From Batkoa obscura (lineage: Eukaryota), in NCBI GenBank assembly GCA_030770535.1, contig JASVEC010000024.1, forward strand, positions 372,001-436,000: a stretch of 64,000 bases of DNA, written 5' to 3'. The notes under the pieces were generated by a model. It was not told where the DNA came from. It saw nothing but the letters and a program-made list of their open reading frames with translations, and ran no database searches. Each line of letters starts with the position of its first letter. Position 1 is the first letter of the stretch. The translations under genes and the position numbers were made by a program. Positions 28,651-41,986 of the stretch are shown here, piece by piece.

Positions 28651-28842
28651 TTTATATATTTAAAAAAGAATAAAATTTAGTTTGTATTTTTTTGCTTAAA
28701 TTATTTTTTTTGCACAGTAAGTTTTAACCTTATTTTTATCCCTAGAACAATTGCTATGAATTACACGTGATTAGGGTTATCCAGAATGTATATAAAACAA
28801 ACTTTAACAGTTTTATGACTTGACTTTGTTATAAGAAATAAG

Positions 28843-29328
28843 ATGGTACTCTATAAAGGCAGTTGTCATTGCGGTATTATAAAATTTGAAGTTGAAGCAG
28901 GAGAAGAGTTAACTATCATAGATTGTAATTGTTCCATTTGTTTTAAAAAGGGTAAGTTTTTAATTCTAGAACATAATAGATGAAGTAGTTAACTAGGTGT
29001 AGGTTTTCAACATTTAATAGTGAGTAAAGATAAATTAAAAATCAATAGTGATATGGAGTTGCTTTCTTTATATACATTTAATACCCATATAGCTAAGCAT
29101 TATTTTTGTAAAAAATGTGGTATTTGTCCTTTTTATATTCCTAGATCTAATCCAGATGGCTTTGATGTAAGTTTATATCCTTTTATTCTTTAATTTTATC
29201 TTATTATTTTTTAGGTTAACTATCGTTGTATTGACGAACCCAAACCAAAGAAGGTTGTTTTTGAACCTTATGATGGTAATAATTGGGAGCAACAACCTTC
29301 TTTAGCTCATCTTTCAGCTTCTAGTTAA
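28843..29328 (+). CDS. GFA/CENP-V family Zn-binding protein (3 exons); absent from the ORF track
   Basis: YKGSCHCG, DCNCSICFKKG and YTFNTHIAKHYFCKKCGICPFYIPRSNPDG..VNYRCID. Confidence 0.92.
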
Positions 29329-29402
29329 ATTCATTTAAAATGACATCAAATAAAAACATAATAAATATTTGAAGAAAATTGAATTAAAAATTATTTAATT
29401 TA

Positions 29403-29831
29403 TTATATAAAAACAACAGTAAGGTAGAATAAAGCCAATAATAAAATATGGATATCCACAATAAAACTATTAGAAGTCTCCTGCTTTGATTGCTTAAAAG
29501 AATTAGTTAAATTACTCTTCTTATTTAACCCATTATTATCATTCTCATTTCCATCCACCTTTATTTGTTTAAATGTTTGACTTTTAGGCAACATACAACC
29601 CTTATCAAATGCATCTTTTTTATTAAAATAAAGTAATTGAATATCGTTTCCAGAAGCAAAATCACTCAATATGTCTTTATGTTCCTTTTTAAACTCATAA
29701 TATTTAAATGCTGGAATATCATTTCCTTGATCCATTTGATTTACCTCTATCTGGTTCGTTGATCTACTTGAACTCATTGATTTAGCATGAAGTGTCACTA
29801 ATAATAAACCAGTTAATATTATATGCTTCAT
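29403..29831 (-). CDS. Small putative secreted or GPI-anchored protein
   Basis: Hydrophobic signal-like N-terminus (MKHIILTGLLLVTLHA) and hydrophobic C-terminal tail (IHILLLALFYLTVVFI). Confidence 0.6.
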   Translation of the reverse strand: MKHIILTGLLLVTLHAKSMSSSRSTNQIEVNQMDQGNDIPAFKYYEFKKEHKDILSDFASGNDIQLLYFNKKDAFDKGCMLPKSQTFKQIKVDGNENDNNGLNKKSNLTNSFKQSKQETSNSFIVDIHILLLALFYLTVVFI

Positions 29832-29959
29832 TGAAATAAATTGAAATTAAATATTAATAATTTATAAATGTAAAGATTTAAAGTTAGTTTAATTGTGGAT
29901 ATTAAATTTTAATTTCAACCAATAATCGGAATTTTTAAAGCGTGACTAAATGAAGATAT

Positions 29960-30058
29960 GGGAGTGTTTTTTTTGGCTTCATTACTTTTTCCATCTTTTA
30001 AGCATCATTTGAGTGGAAAAATTATTAGTAAAATTCTTAAATACAAAAATACATCCCC
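29960..30058. mobile_element. MITE (Sola-like family)
   Basis: ATAT|GGGAGTGTTTT...ATACATCCCC|ATAT. Confidence 0.9.
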
Positions 30059-30275
30059 ATATCTCTTTTATTTACTTTTTCTTGTCTATTTTCTAAATGC
30101 TATTAAGTAGAAAATTATCAATAAGATTCATAAAAAAACATACTTATTTGTAGATAGATAGAACTTTACATTGAAATTAAGTTTAATATAAAAACTTGTT
30201 AATTATTGAAAAAATAGTTTTAAAAAATGAAATATATATTTAATGACTTTAAATAAAATTTTAGTTTTATTATAT

Positions 30276-30372
30276 GGGGCTGTTTTTTTTAGTTTCATTA
30301 TTTTTCCATTTTTTAAGCGCTATTTGAGTGGAAAGATTGTAGTAAAATTCTTAAATAAAAAAACACATCCCC
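30276..30372. mobile_element. MITE (Sola-like family)
   Basis: ATAT|GGGGCTGTTTT...ACACATCCCC|ATAT; nearly identical to the copy at 18391. Confidence 0.9.
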
Positions 30373-30591
30373 ATATAATAATAGTAAATGATTGAAATTA
30401 AATTTCAATATACTAAATGACCTTATATTTTATTTTATTTTATTTTATTTTATTTTAGTTGAAACTCAATTCAACTTTAGATTTAATCATAATCATATAT
30501 CTTAATACAATCAATATAATTACATTTATAATATAATTCTAACTCTGTTTTATTTTAACTTAATAATTAATCATCTATCAAACCACATAAT

Positions 30592-31521
30592 TCATCTTTT
30601 TTCATTGTCATTTGGCCTTTTCAAAAACACATTCAAATCTGTAGTAGATTCTAATAGAGAACTTGACTGTGTAGCAGTGTCCTCATTAGATTCTGAATTC
30701 TCATTTGTATGAGTCGATACAATACTAGTAGCATAACTTTGATTATAAAAATTAATCTTTTGTAAACCTAAGCCAAATTGATTTAAACAAATTATGGAAT
30801 AAATCACACTCATTAACATCAATAATACACATACTCCTTGAACTAGAAATAAGTTCAATATACTATTAATAAATATAGCTGAATTTTTATATAAGATATT
30901 GAGTTGAATTATGAATTGAATTTCATAATAAATTATTAAGCTTAAATAACCAACTGCCCCACTGAATAATATAATAAATAAAAACATAGAAATTCTTATT
31001 TCTTTCTTTAACTAAATGTGTAAATTAATAATCAAACATAAAAATATATAATATAAATTCTAACTTACTGATATAACCCCAATCAATAAAAATGCTATAA
31101 AGCACAAGAAGATTGTAGCAATATTGACTTTAATATCCGAAAACAATGGTGGTATCTTTATATCTGTATTATTCCAAGCCAGTCTTAAATAAACATAATA
31201 TGCTAATGCCATAATTAAATAACCAAATGTTAATTTCAATAATGCCCATAATAGTTGTCTTTTTTTCATTAATTTAAATGTATAAAAATTGGCGCCCATT
31301 TTTCGATAAACATTCCAAGTTAAATTACTTCTTAATACAAAATAAAAGGCTACTATTAAGCTTCCCGTTATTGCTCGGAAAAGTAATTCGACCCCATTAA
31401 TAATTAATGTTTTCCAACCATACAAACTAATATTCCCTATTAAATCACGTTTAATTGGATCCGTTATAAAATACTAAAATAATAGAAATAAATTAATATG
31501 TTAAATATAAATATAAATATA

Positions 31522-31578
<57 letters not shown>

Positions 31579-32007
31579 TACCATCATTAAAGCAATTGTT
31601 TCAAAACAACACAAAAAATAAACAATAAAATTAAATAAAAAATAAAAATGTAATTGATGTAAATTTTTACAAATAATAGCATCTAATAAATAAATATTTA
31701 ATATCAAATCATTAATTATTTTCATAATTGATTGATACAAATTCATATTAATACCCAAATCAAATTTAAATCCGGTAGTTGAACTGTTATACCCTATTAT
31801 TTGTATAATGTCTAATAACGATGTAATAAATAATTGAAATAATATAATATATGTTATTATTCGTTTCTTTGGTGTATCTAATAAACTGCCTTTGACCTAA
31901 TATAATGAATAAAATTATTTGAATATTTGAATTCTATTTTGTTATGGGAAATGAATTACTTCATGACTTAATAGTGAAGATAAACTCGATCTATCCCCAA
32001 CAGTCAT
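30592..32007 (-). CDS. Multi-pass membrane protein, UPF0658/Golgi-membrane-like (4 exons)
   Basis: Several transmembrane stretches. Motifs WNVYRKMGAN...LLKL and CLNQFGLGL recall fungal UPF0658-type proteins (recognised from memory). Confidence 0.6.
31523..31576. repeat. (TTA)n microsatellite inside an intron
   Basis: About 18 perfect TTA units; produces the spurious poly-N tail of ORF 31501-31758. Confidence 0.9.
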
Positions 32008-32736
32008 TATTATTTGCTTTAATTAAAAATTGAAATTTATACTAGATAACAAATTAAAAAGATAGAAAGTAAAAAATTTAAATATTATTTCCTTCTTATT
32101 TTTTGATTTTTTTTTAAAAAATCGAGATGTGTGTTAATAAATTTACCGCTTTTGTTAATTAAGACACTTAAAACTTTCAAAACGGATTCATAAAAGAATG
32201 AATACTGATTTGTTGATTTTTATTTATTTATTTTACGGACAAAATTAAAACTATCAATGCTCCGTTTTTTTTACCAAGGTTGAAAACAAATAGGAAGTTC
32301 AATTAATTTATAACAATAGCTTTTTTATTTTAAATAAACTCATCTAATTATCATAATAACTATAACATAATAAACTCTAATTTGATTCTATTTAATTGTT
32401 ACTTTTACTAATTAAATGAGATTTATTAATAGACAGTTATTAAAACTAATATGTTAATTAATAAAATAGAATTTTATACAATCAATTATTGAGATAAAAA
32501 TTAAATATCTCTAATGTTAAAAAAGGAATTACATCTATAAACCTATATAGTACAAATAAATGGTGTTTTTATAACCTCAATATTCTTAATTAAATTTAAA
32601 TATATGACTATAATAATTAAACAATATAAATAATTTGAAAAATAAAAAATAAACTGTAAAAATTAGAAAACTAAAAATCAATATTTTTATTAACTTACTC
32701 ATAAGAAAACCCAGCTTTAAATGAATTTAACATTAA

Positions 32737-35700
32737 TCAAATATAAAATTTCTTATTAATAAAATGAAGTAAAAGATTAACGTTGACTTTCACTTCTTCA
32801 TCTAATAAATCAATTACCAATTGATTGTCAAATTGGGCTTGTAATAAAGATTCTAAAGAAATAATAGTATCTTCTCCAGGTAATTTTCTACCCATATAAT
32901 AAGCTGCTACTTTAAATTGACCTACTTGATCCGAAGATATAATAAAATCAATTTTGTCAAACTGTCTTGGTAAATAATCTTTAATACTAATTAATATTCC
33001 TTTTTGATATAATCGATCAGCGGTATATTTAAAAGACCCAAATTTAGGTACACTACCTGATTTACTAATTTCTTTTAAATGAAAATATTGTTTTGTAAAT
33101 GGTATTGCTTTTGTTTTTTTACTAAAAGAAATTAAAAAGGTTAATATTAATTCTTATTGTTTTAATTTCAAATAAAAATCAACTTACTTCTTTTTACTAC
33201 TATGCATATTCATACAAGAATCTAAATAATCTTGATAAATGGAATGTTGATCAATTAGGTATCTTTCTTTGATTTTTAAATTATTTATTGTTTGATAAAT
33301 TCTCTTTAATTCTTCTTTTCTAGATATTCTTCTTTTAGATTTACTTCTTATATCGGCTGCTATTGAATGAATCATAACTTGATAATTATCCTCTCTTTTA
33401 AGCATTCCTTCTGCTTCCAATTTTAAAGCATTGTTAAATGCAATTTGTTTTAATTGTGCAAATGACATACTATATTAATACTATTAATATATTTCTTTTT
33501 TAAATTAATTATTATTAATTTAATTTACCTTGTAACATCAATCAATTTTTGAGAAGATGAAGAATTGTTATCATTTTCATTTGATTCTTTTCTTTCTTTT
33601 TGTAAAAGATCTTTGAATCGAGTTTCTTCATTTTGACTCACTGGTTTTTGTAATACTTCTAATAACGAACTACCCGATTGTACTCTTAATACATAAGTCA
33701 TTAAACGTTTAGTTTCAACAAATAAATGTTTTAATTCACAATCTGATTCTAAAAATAAGACATTAATATTCTAATATTATTATAAAGTAAATAATTAATT
33801 ACCATTAATGGAAGGAAATCTATTAGACAAATGAAGAGAAATTTCTTTTGAGTGAGCTAATACTTGATCTGCAGAGATAGTAGGTGGATCCCCAATTTCT
33901 TTTAATATAATTTTTAATTGATCTTTATCACCATTAGTTAACCAATCTAAATTATTAATTAACATTTTATGTAATGAATAAATTTCATTTGGTGATATAT
34001 AGATCACTGGTCTTTTAGTAAAGGTTAAATCTAAAAACTCATCAATTTCAAATTGAATTTCAGGTTCTACTACTTCTGTTACTGAATAAATATATTTAGC
34101 AAATTTCTCAGAAGTGTAAGCAACATAAGTATTTAAAGGTTGCAAAAAGATATTATCTTCATTAAATAATTTGCCCATTGAAACTTGATTTAACATTTTA
34201 GCTACCTAAAAAGGTTAAAGTTAACAATATTAATATTTTATAAATAAATAATAATAATAAATATATTACTTCAGCTAAACATCTTCTATGATGTGGTGAA
34301 ATTTCTACTTCAATAACATCAAATGATTCAGGTGCAACGATAGCTGGATTAATATATCGATAATATACCAAATGACCCACAATTTTAATAATTACATTTT
34401 CTCTTTCATTAGGGAATTTTTTTAATAAACTGGCTTTTAATTCTTTAGCTATATATCGAATACCATATGGCATTTGATCTAATGAAGAATAGATTCTTTC
34501 AATAAATTGATCTGTGATTGATCTTAATTGTTGTAAATGTTGAATCAATACACTTCTTGTTTCACTATCATTTAAAGCTATTTCTGCTGTTACGTCATAT
34601 GGTCTTAAACTCTTTTCACCCGTTCTTAATTCTTCTTGTTTAATTAAAGCACGATAAATCTATATTAAAATAAAAATAAAATCAATGAGATTATATTAAA
34701 AAAAGAAATTAAATTATTAATTACTAATAAAGGATTAGTTTGCAAATCAATATTTGGATCCTGTAAAATTTGTTGAATAATAGGTTGTAATAAATCTCTT
34801 AAATACTTTCTTTCTTTGACTCCTCGATTGTAATGTACGGCTAATTTAATAAACACTGGATTGCCCCTTAAAAAGTCTTCAATTCTATTGATAGAATCTA
34901 ACTCAATATGAATTGCAGTCTTAAATAAATTTAATAACATAAACTCTTCTCTTTTATTTTGAGCAAAACCAAATAAAGTTAATACTACTGTTTCAAAAAA
35001 CTTTTTATATTCATTAGTTAATACTGTACCCTTATTATAATTATTTAAATTTAACTCTGAAGTTTCAGTAATATTTTTTAACTTAGAATTGTTACCACAA
35101 GACAAACTATTCTGATTAATTAAAGTTAATAATTTACCCAGATAAATAGGTTGAGTTTGTAATAAATAAAATAATTGTTGATAACCTTCTAATCGTTTAC
35201 GATTTTCTTTATCTAATTTTTTCAAGGGTATAACTTTATTTTCTTTGACTTCTAAATCTGATAAATTATTACTATTTCCACTATTACTTCCTAAAATTCC
35301 ATTCATTCTTGTAATTCTCAATACTTCTTCTAAACTAATTCGGTTTCGAACTAACAACGCTATTTTAATATCTAATTCATTTAGTTGATTTTCCGTTTGT
35401 CCGATATCTCGTATTTTTTTAATTGATGATTTTCTTAATTCTTCTAATTCTAGTTCTTCCGCAAAATCTTTATCACTATCTTCTAATAATGGTAAAAAGG
35501 ATTGCATACAAGAAATCCCATTTTCCGTCATTAAATCTAATTTAGGTGGTATTGTTGGTAAAGTATTACTTTGTATTCTTTGACTATTTGACGCCATTGT
35601 TCTTTGAATATTATCAACATATGGTCGATACTTTAAATAATTAGTTTGAAATTGCATTAATTTATGATATTGTTTCATGTTTTCAACAGAAGGAGAGATT

Positions 35701-38700
35701 AATTTATTATTGGTATAAGGCATTACCTTTAAATCTTCTTCTGGTACTTGAAAACATTTACGATAGTAATCCCTTACAATAAATCCTCGAATTTTAGCTT
35801 GTAATTCAATAACTTGATTACTATGAAAATGCATTTCTGATAAACAATAAGTCCATTTTCTTTGTACTAAAATCCGCCTTGATAAGGCTTGAAATTTATA
35901 TAAATGATCAAAGAAACCTTCAGCTTGGGCTCTTGCTTCTAGTACTTTAGGTAAAAATTGATGACGAATTAATACTTTTCGTGCTACTGCTTGAATCTGT
36001 TGAACTAATTGAATATCAATACATTCTCTAATTGTACGAATTTGATAAATAGGTTCCATAGTATACAATCGAGTTAAACAACCTCTACCAATGGCTTGTA
36101 ATGCTTTAATTGATGTTTGATATTGTTTTAATTGATTATCTAATTCTTTCTTTCTTTTTCTTTGTTGTATACCACGAACATAACTTTGTGCCATTACTAT
36201 AAAAGGTTCATACCTTTCCCATTCAAATGGTATTTCTTCTTCTTTATTATCATTATTATTTAAATCTCTTGAATCTTCAATTAAGATAGTATCAAATGAA
36301 TAAGATTCTAATTCTAATTTTGGGTTGTTTTGTTGAGTATCAATTTGTTTTATTACTTTTTCTTCAATTTGATTATCTAGACTTTCTGAATTAGGTGATA
36401 GTGTATAAATTAAACTATTTGCTTTAGTAACTGCTAATTCTGATGCTTTATTTCCAATATTATCATCTGATTCTAAATCTAATATTTCTTCTTCTGTTTT
36501 TGGTGAATTAGTCAAATCACTATCTAGTTTTAACATAGGTACTCCTGGACTTGAATTAGAACTACTACTTCCCTTATCAGTGGATATATCAAAACTCAAT
36601 TCAACTATCTTTTCCTTTACTAACTCTTGATTCTTTAATTTATCATCCTCCTTAATCTCTTTTTTAATAATTTTAGTTTCCAATTTAGGCTGATATCTTC
36701 TTTCACTACTAATAGCATTATTACCATTATTATTATCATTACTATTACTACTATTACTACTACTATTATTATTATTATTACTCCCATTAAATTGATCTGA
36801 TAAAATAGTTTTCCTATTTGAAGTATTGTTTTGTTTATCTAATTTTTGATCCATATTGTTAATAAATTTAGCAAATTTCGATGATAAAGAATCAGAACCG
36901 TTTAATCTTAAACTTGAAGCTGGTGATGTTTGAGTAGTTTTTATATTGGCATCATAAGTTTGAGTAGTTGCAAAGGTCATCCTTGATACTCCTTTGGGAC
37001 CATGACGTAATGAACTAGATTGTTTAATTAGACTCAAATTCATACTAGATCCTTTAGAAGGTAATGTTTTTAAGCCATATAATTTTTGATAATCTCTTAT
37101 CGGTTTTTTACTTAAGCTGTCACTATTTGAAGATACACTAGATTTAAATTTAGATTTATCTTTATCTTCTGTTATTATACTAGAGGAAGTTAGCTCAACT
37201 CGACTGGTGGTACTATTAGTATAGGTACTACTGCTTGAAAGTTTATTTAAATTTAAAGTGTTAGGTTTATCTTCTAAACTTTGATCTGAATTCTTTGAAT
37301 TCTTCAAAGTATCTTCATTACTCAATGAGGACTTCTTAATTGAATCAATAAATAATTTCTTTTTATTATTACCTCTTAATAAACCACCTTTATATTTTTG
37401 TTTGTTAATAATAGTTGAATCCTTTTTAAACTCTTGAATCCTTTTTAATATAGATTCCGATTTTAAATTTTTGACTAGAGTAGTACTTTGACTGGATGGT
37501 ATACTTTTAAATTGAAAATTTTGAAAAATAGAGCCATTGTAACTATTTGAAGATGGACTTATCATTGATTGTTTAGATTGAACTTCTTTTGCTGTAATAA
37601 AACTAGCATCATCAGGTGAAGTATCTCTATTTGGACTAGATAATTGATCATTAATTTTAGGTTCTAAGTTTAAAGCAACAGGTACTTTCTTTATTATTAT
37701 TGATTTAGTATCACTATCTGAAGTAGTAGAAGTATTAATTTTAGCTTCATCTAATCGCATTTGGAATTTTCTTGATTTTCTTTTGCCAACTACTCGATAG
37801 CTGGCTGTTGATAACTTTGGACTATTACTTTTTAATGTTGAATTTGGGTTTTTATATGTTATATGAGACAATATTGAACGAGATTGTTTAGATTTAGAAT
37901 TCAAGCTATTACTTAATCCAATACTTTTACTTGAATTGAGATTAAGTGCCAACGGTGATGAATTTAATGTAGATGGATTAGAACGAGAAGTTGATTTAAC
38001 ATTAAATTCCTTATTCTTATAAGATAATCCTAAATTAGGTTTAAAAGTAACATCAGTAAATCCATTTTTAATTAAGTTAATAGCTGAATTAGTAGTCAAT
38101 GTAGCTGTATGAGAAGGAATCATTCTTATTGATTTATTTCGAATACTATTATTGTTGGATTTTTTACCGCTTTTACTTATACTTCCTTCCTTTCTGAATT
38201 TAGTTTTCAAGCTATTTTTAAGTGTACTACTCTTCTTTTTAATTCTTAATGAGGCTGTACCTTCCATAGCTCTACTTAGATCATAACTTACATTTAAAAA
38301 GGCTGGAAAATGATATCCATTTATATCCAACTCTTTTTTAGTTAATTGTAGTTGATCATCTAAAATAAAACAAAAAGTTAATAAGTATATTCTTAAAATA
38401 TAAGATTTAATAAAATTACCAGTGAAATCTAAATAACCAACTAAATCCTGAATATTAGTAGTGAGTCCTTTTTTATAAAGTAAATGACTAATTAATAAAT
38501 TAATTATTATTGTTATTATTGCTATTATTATTTATAGGTTACCTAAGAGCATGGATACAATAAATCACTTTAGGTATATTTTTACGAGAATAAAGATCCG
38601 TTAATTCAAACAAGAAGACCTAAGAATACAATAAGTCTAAATATACATTTTTCAAATAACCAACATTACCTGAGGTAAACCGATAGCTTTACAAGCTTCC

Positions 38701-39119
38701 AAGAAAAAATGGATATTATCAGAATGTTTATATGTTAGTTTTTCACCAAAATAAATTTTTTTAACTGAAGTAGGATGAAATATTTTGGCTAATTTAGCTA
38801 ACAAAATGCCATTCTGTAAACTAAAACCTTCAAAATCAATCTCTTCAATTTCGATTTCTAAACAAGTTTCCAACCATTGTTTAGCTTCTGATAAATGACA
38901 TAAATATTCATAGGCTTGTAAATGACTTCGTTCAATTTCCATCCAATTTTTTTTATAAGAACGTGTATCATATAAGGGTAATTCAGAACCACATGGACTC
39001 AATTTTAACGGTGTTATTAACTGATTGATCGACGTCCCCGAATGTTTTTGTAATCGCATTCGTCCACTCATCCCCTGTACGCTGGGATCTTCGAAAATGG
39101 AGGTGACTTTAGAATCCAT
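32737..39119 (-). CDS. IQG1: IQGAP/Iqg1-type RasGAP-like protein (CH, IQ, GRD and RasGAP_C domains)
   Basis: LQAYEYLCHLSEAKQW (CH domain), IQ motifs, YQQLFYLLQTQPIYL, MPYGIRYIAK..YYRYINPAIVAPE, FGSFKYTADRLYQKG; ends NVNLLLHFINKKFYI*. Confidence 0.93.
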
Positions 39120-39311
39120 GACAGATATTTTTATGATTGATAATGTTTATTAGTTATTAGTTAGTTATATTTGCATACACTTTGAAAGTTGAGTTGATGT
39201 GCTTTTTAATGATTTAAAATAGTATGATATGTTGTATGATTTGTTAAAGCTTTATAAATTCTAATTCTAATATATATGAAATAATGGTTTAATAGATCAA
39301 CTATAATATCT

Positions 39312-39385
39312 AAAATAAAATAAAATAAAATAAAAATAAAATAAAATAAAATAATAAAAAGAAATAAAGAAATAAAGAAATAAAA
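39312..39385. repeat. (AAAAT)n / (AAAGAAAT)n simple repeat upstream of IQG1
   Basis: Tandem AAAAT units followed by AAAGAAAT units. Confidence 0.8.
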
Positions 39386-40239
39386 ATTAATAATATGACA
39401 ATACTAATAATAAATAAATCAACAAATTTAAATAGTCAATAAAACTTATTGACATGTTATGAATTTTGAGCATTATTTTTATTAACGTTAGCCATTTTTT
39501 CTAAGAAATTTTCTTTAAGCACATTTTTTTTGTTGATTGATTTATAACGGTAAATTTCAATGAGTCTCTTAAAATAGTAAATTAGTTAAAATTTTGTGCA
39601 TTTTTGTTAAAATTAAATCACTTTACAGCTGCAGAATTTGGTTAAATCACGTTGCTTCTTTTTGTGGCGTAAATTAGTTATGATTTTGTAAAAAAATACG
39701 TTGTTGAAAAAAGAGTTTCTAAATTGAATTTTTAATAGCATTGTATAATTGAGATAATATAAATTTTTTGAGATTAGGTATAGACCCAGTTTCTTTGGCT
39801 TTTACTATTATATTAGAGAAGATTTAATTCATCATTTTTTTAATGTTAACAAATTATAACTCCCTATTTGTACTTGAAATAAAAGTTATTCAATTCATTT
39901 TTAAATGTTTATTAACTTACAACCTCCTACACTTATATTCTAATACAAAATCTACCAATTTTGATTTTCTATTAAAGATTTAAAAATATTTTGTTTCCTC
40001 CTTCTATTTACATACTTATGTTTTGAGATAAATATTAATCCAAGTCTAATTTCTTATATTATATATTATAAAGGTCATAAAAGAGCTTAGCTCCCGGCTA
40101 TTTTAACTTATTACAAAATCTTAAATCATTCAATCAAAAAGCTAATTTATTGTTTAAATTACTAAGCTATAAAAGCTACAATACAGATTATAAAAAAAAT
40201 TCAATGCTACATGGCACAAAATATTCCTCAAAAAATAAA

Positions 40240-40884
40240 TTATTTCTTTCCCCTGCTTCTAGTAGCTGGTTTCTTAGTGGGGGTACCTTTAGGTGTGGAT
40301 TGCTTGGTAGTAGCTGTTTTCTTTGATACGGTTTTCTTAACTGGAGTAGCTTTCTTTGGTGCAGCTACTGGTGCTTTCCTGGTAGCTGGTGCTTTTCTAG
40401 TAGAAGCTACTTTAGATTTAGCTACAGCTACTTTCTTTTTACTAACTACTGGCTTCTTTGCTACTGGTTTTTTAGCAACTGGTTTTTTAGCTACGGGTTT
40501 CTTAGCTACGGGTTTTTTGGTTACAGCAGCTGTTTTTGGTGCAGCCTTATCTTTAGAAGTTTTCTTAAAACGTTGACCTATATAGATTAATATCTAAGTT
40601 AATAAATTAAAAAAGAAAAAAGCTACCATCTTGAACTAAGCTACCATTTTCAGTACCACGTTTTAATGCCAATCGAATGTTGGTTTTAGCAATTTTATCT
40701 TCCACTTTATAAGATTCAACAATGTATTTATGAATGGCTGGACGAGAACAACCTTTACGATCTTTGATATTTGTTATAGCTTCCTAACATTATTAGATTA
40801 ATTTTACAGCATATAATAACTACTTACACTAATCATCTCAAGATAAGTTGGACGACCGGACTTTGATACAGACTTGGCTACCAT
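40240..40884 (-). CDS. Linker histone H1 (3 exons); the ORF track shows only its antisense frame
   Basis: RPTYLEMIS/EAITNIKDRKGCSRPAIHKYI...IRLALKRGTENGSLVQ (H15 domain), then a Lys/Ala/Pro-rich tail with KKPVA repeats. Confidence 0.92.
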
Positions 40885-41986
40885 AATGTTATTAATTTAA
40901 AATTTGAAGTTTAAAAAAGTTTTATAAAAATACTTCAATTTTTCCTAATTTTATTGTTTATATAATTTTTTCCACTCATTTTTTGTAATCCAAAGCTAGA
41001 TCAACTGAAAGTTGTTCAATTTGAATTTGACCGATTCAAATAATAGCCAATAAAAAGCTGAGTTGGACTCGAGTTTTAGGTACTTTATGCTACTTAATTT
41101 ACCTAAATTTCTTTCAATTCAAACTTAATTAATTTTTAAAGCGTCAGCTTTTTTTAGCAAATTACTTATTATGATTGGATAATTTTTCAATATTCTTCAA
41201 TTTAAAAATTGGACATAAAATATCAAACACGAACTTTGAAGGTCGCGTTCTATCAATGGTAGCAGTATATACAGAGTGTATAAATATCATTCATAATTTA
41301 TTTGTTTTATTCAATTTTAAAGTTTGAAGGAATATGCTTAAAAAATATTGGATTTCAAAAGCTTCTCCACATGGCTTTATAAGGTATTAAAGTTAATGAC
41401 TTAAAATATACATAATCAGAAAGTAAGACACCTCTATCTTTAAGGCCAAATAGCGTTACCAATAGTATAAATAATACCCTACGTATTATATATATAATTA
41501 TAGATATACATTTGGAGAATATAATGGCTTGTTTTCCTACCAAATTTTTATAACTAAAATTCGATATAATATCACTTTAAACTTTATTTTAAAACAATTC
41601 AAAATTATAGTTGAATTTAAATTTTCAAAAATCTATTATTGTCTACTTTTAATTGAAACAGTCTATAAATATTATAATTTAATATTATAGTTTAGGTTAG
41701 TTTAATGCCAAAATCCTATAGAATTAATGCCAATATAAAATTATCAGCCTCTAAAGCACTAATCTATTATCATCTTTACTTCCCCATCTACTGCTTTATC
41801 ATCTCCTCAATTTTTTTTCATTTTTTATTTTAGAACTAAAACTGGAAGTTGATTGGCTCTTACAAAAAAAGTAAAATAGCTATTTTCGAAATATTTTATA
41901 AGCAAAGCATAATTTTATAAAATAATAAATAGTAATAAAATTTATATTAAATCAATTGATTAAGTTTATTAATTAATTTATTTAAC

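Noticed and set aside
40211..40576. 121-aa hydrophobic ORF on the + strand
   Set aside because: It is the antisense shadow of the Lys/Ala-rich histone H1 tail.
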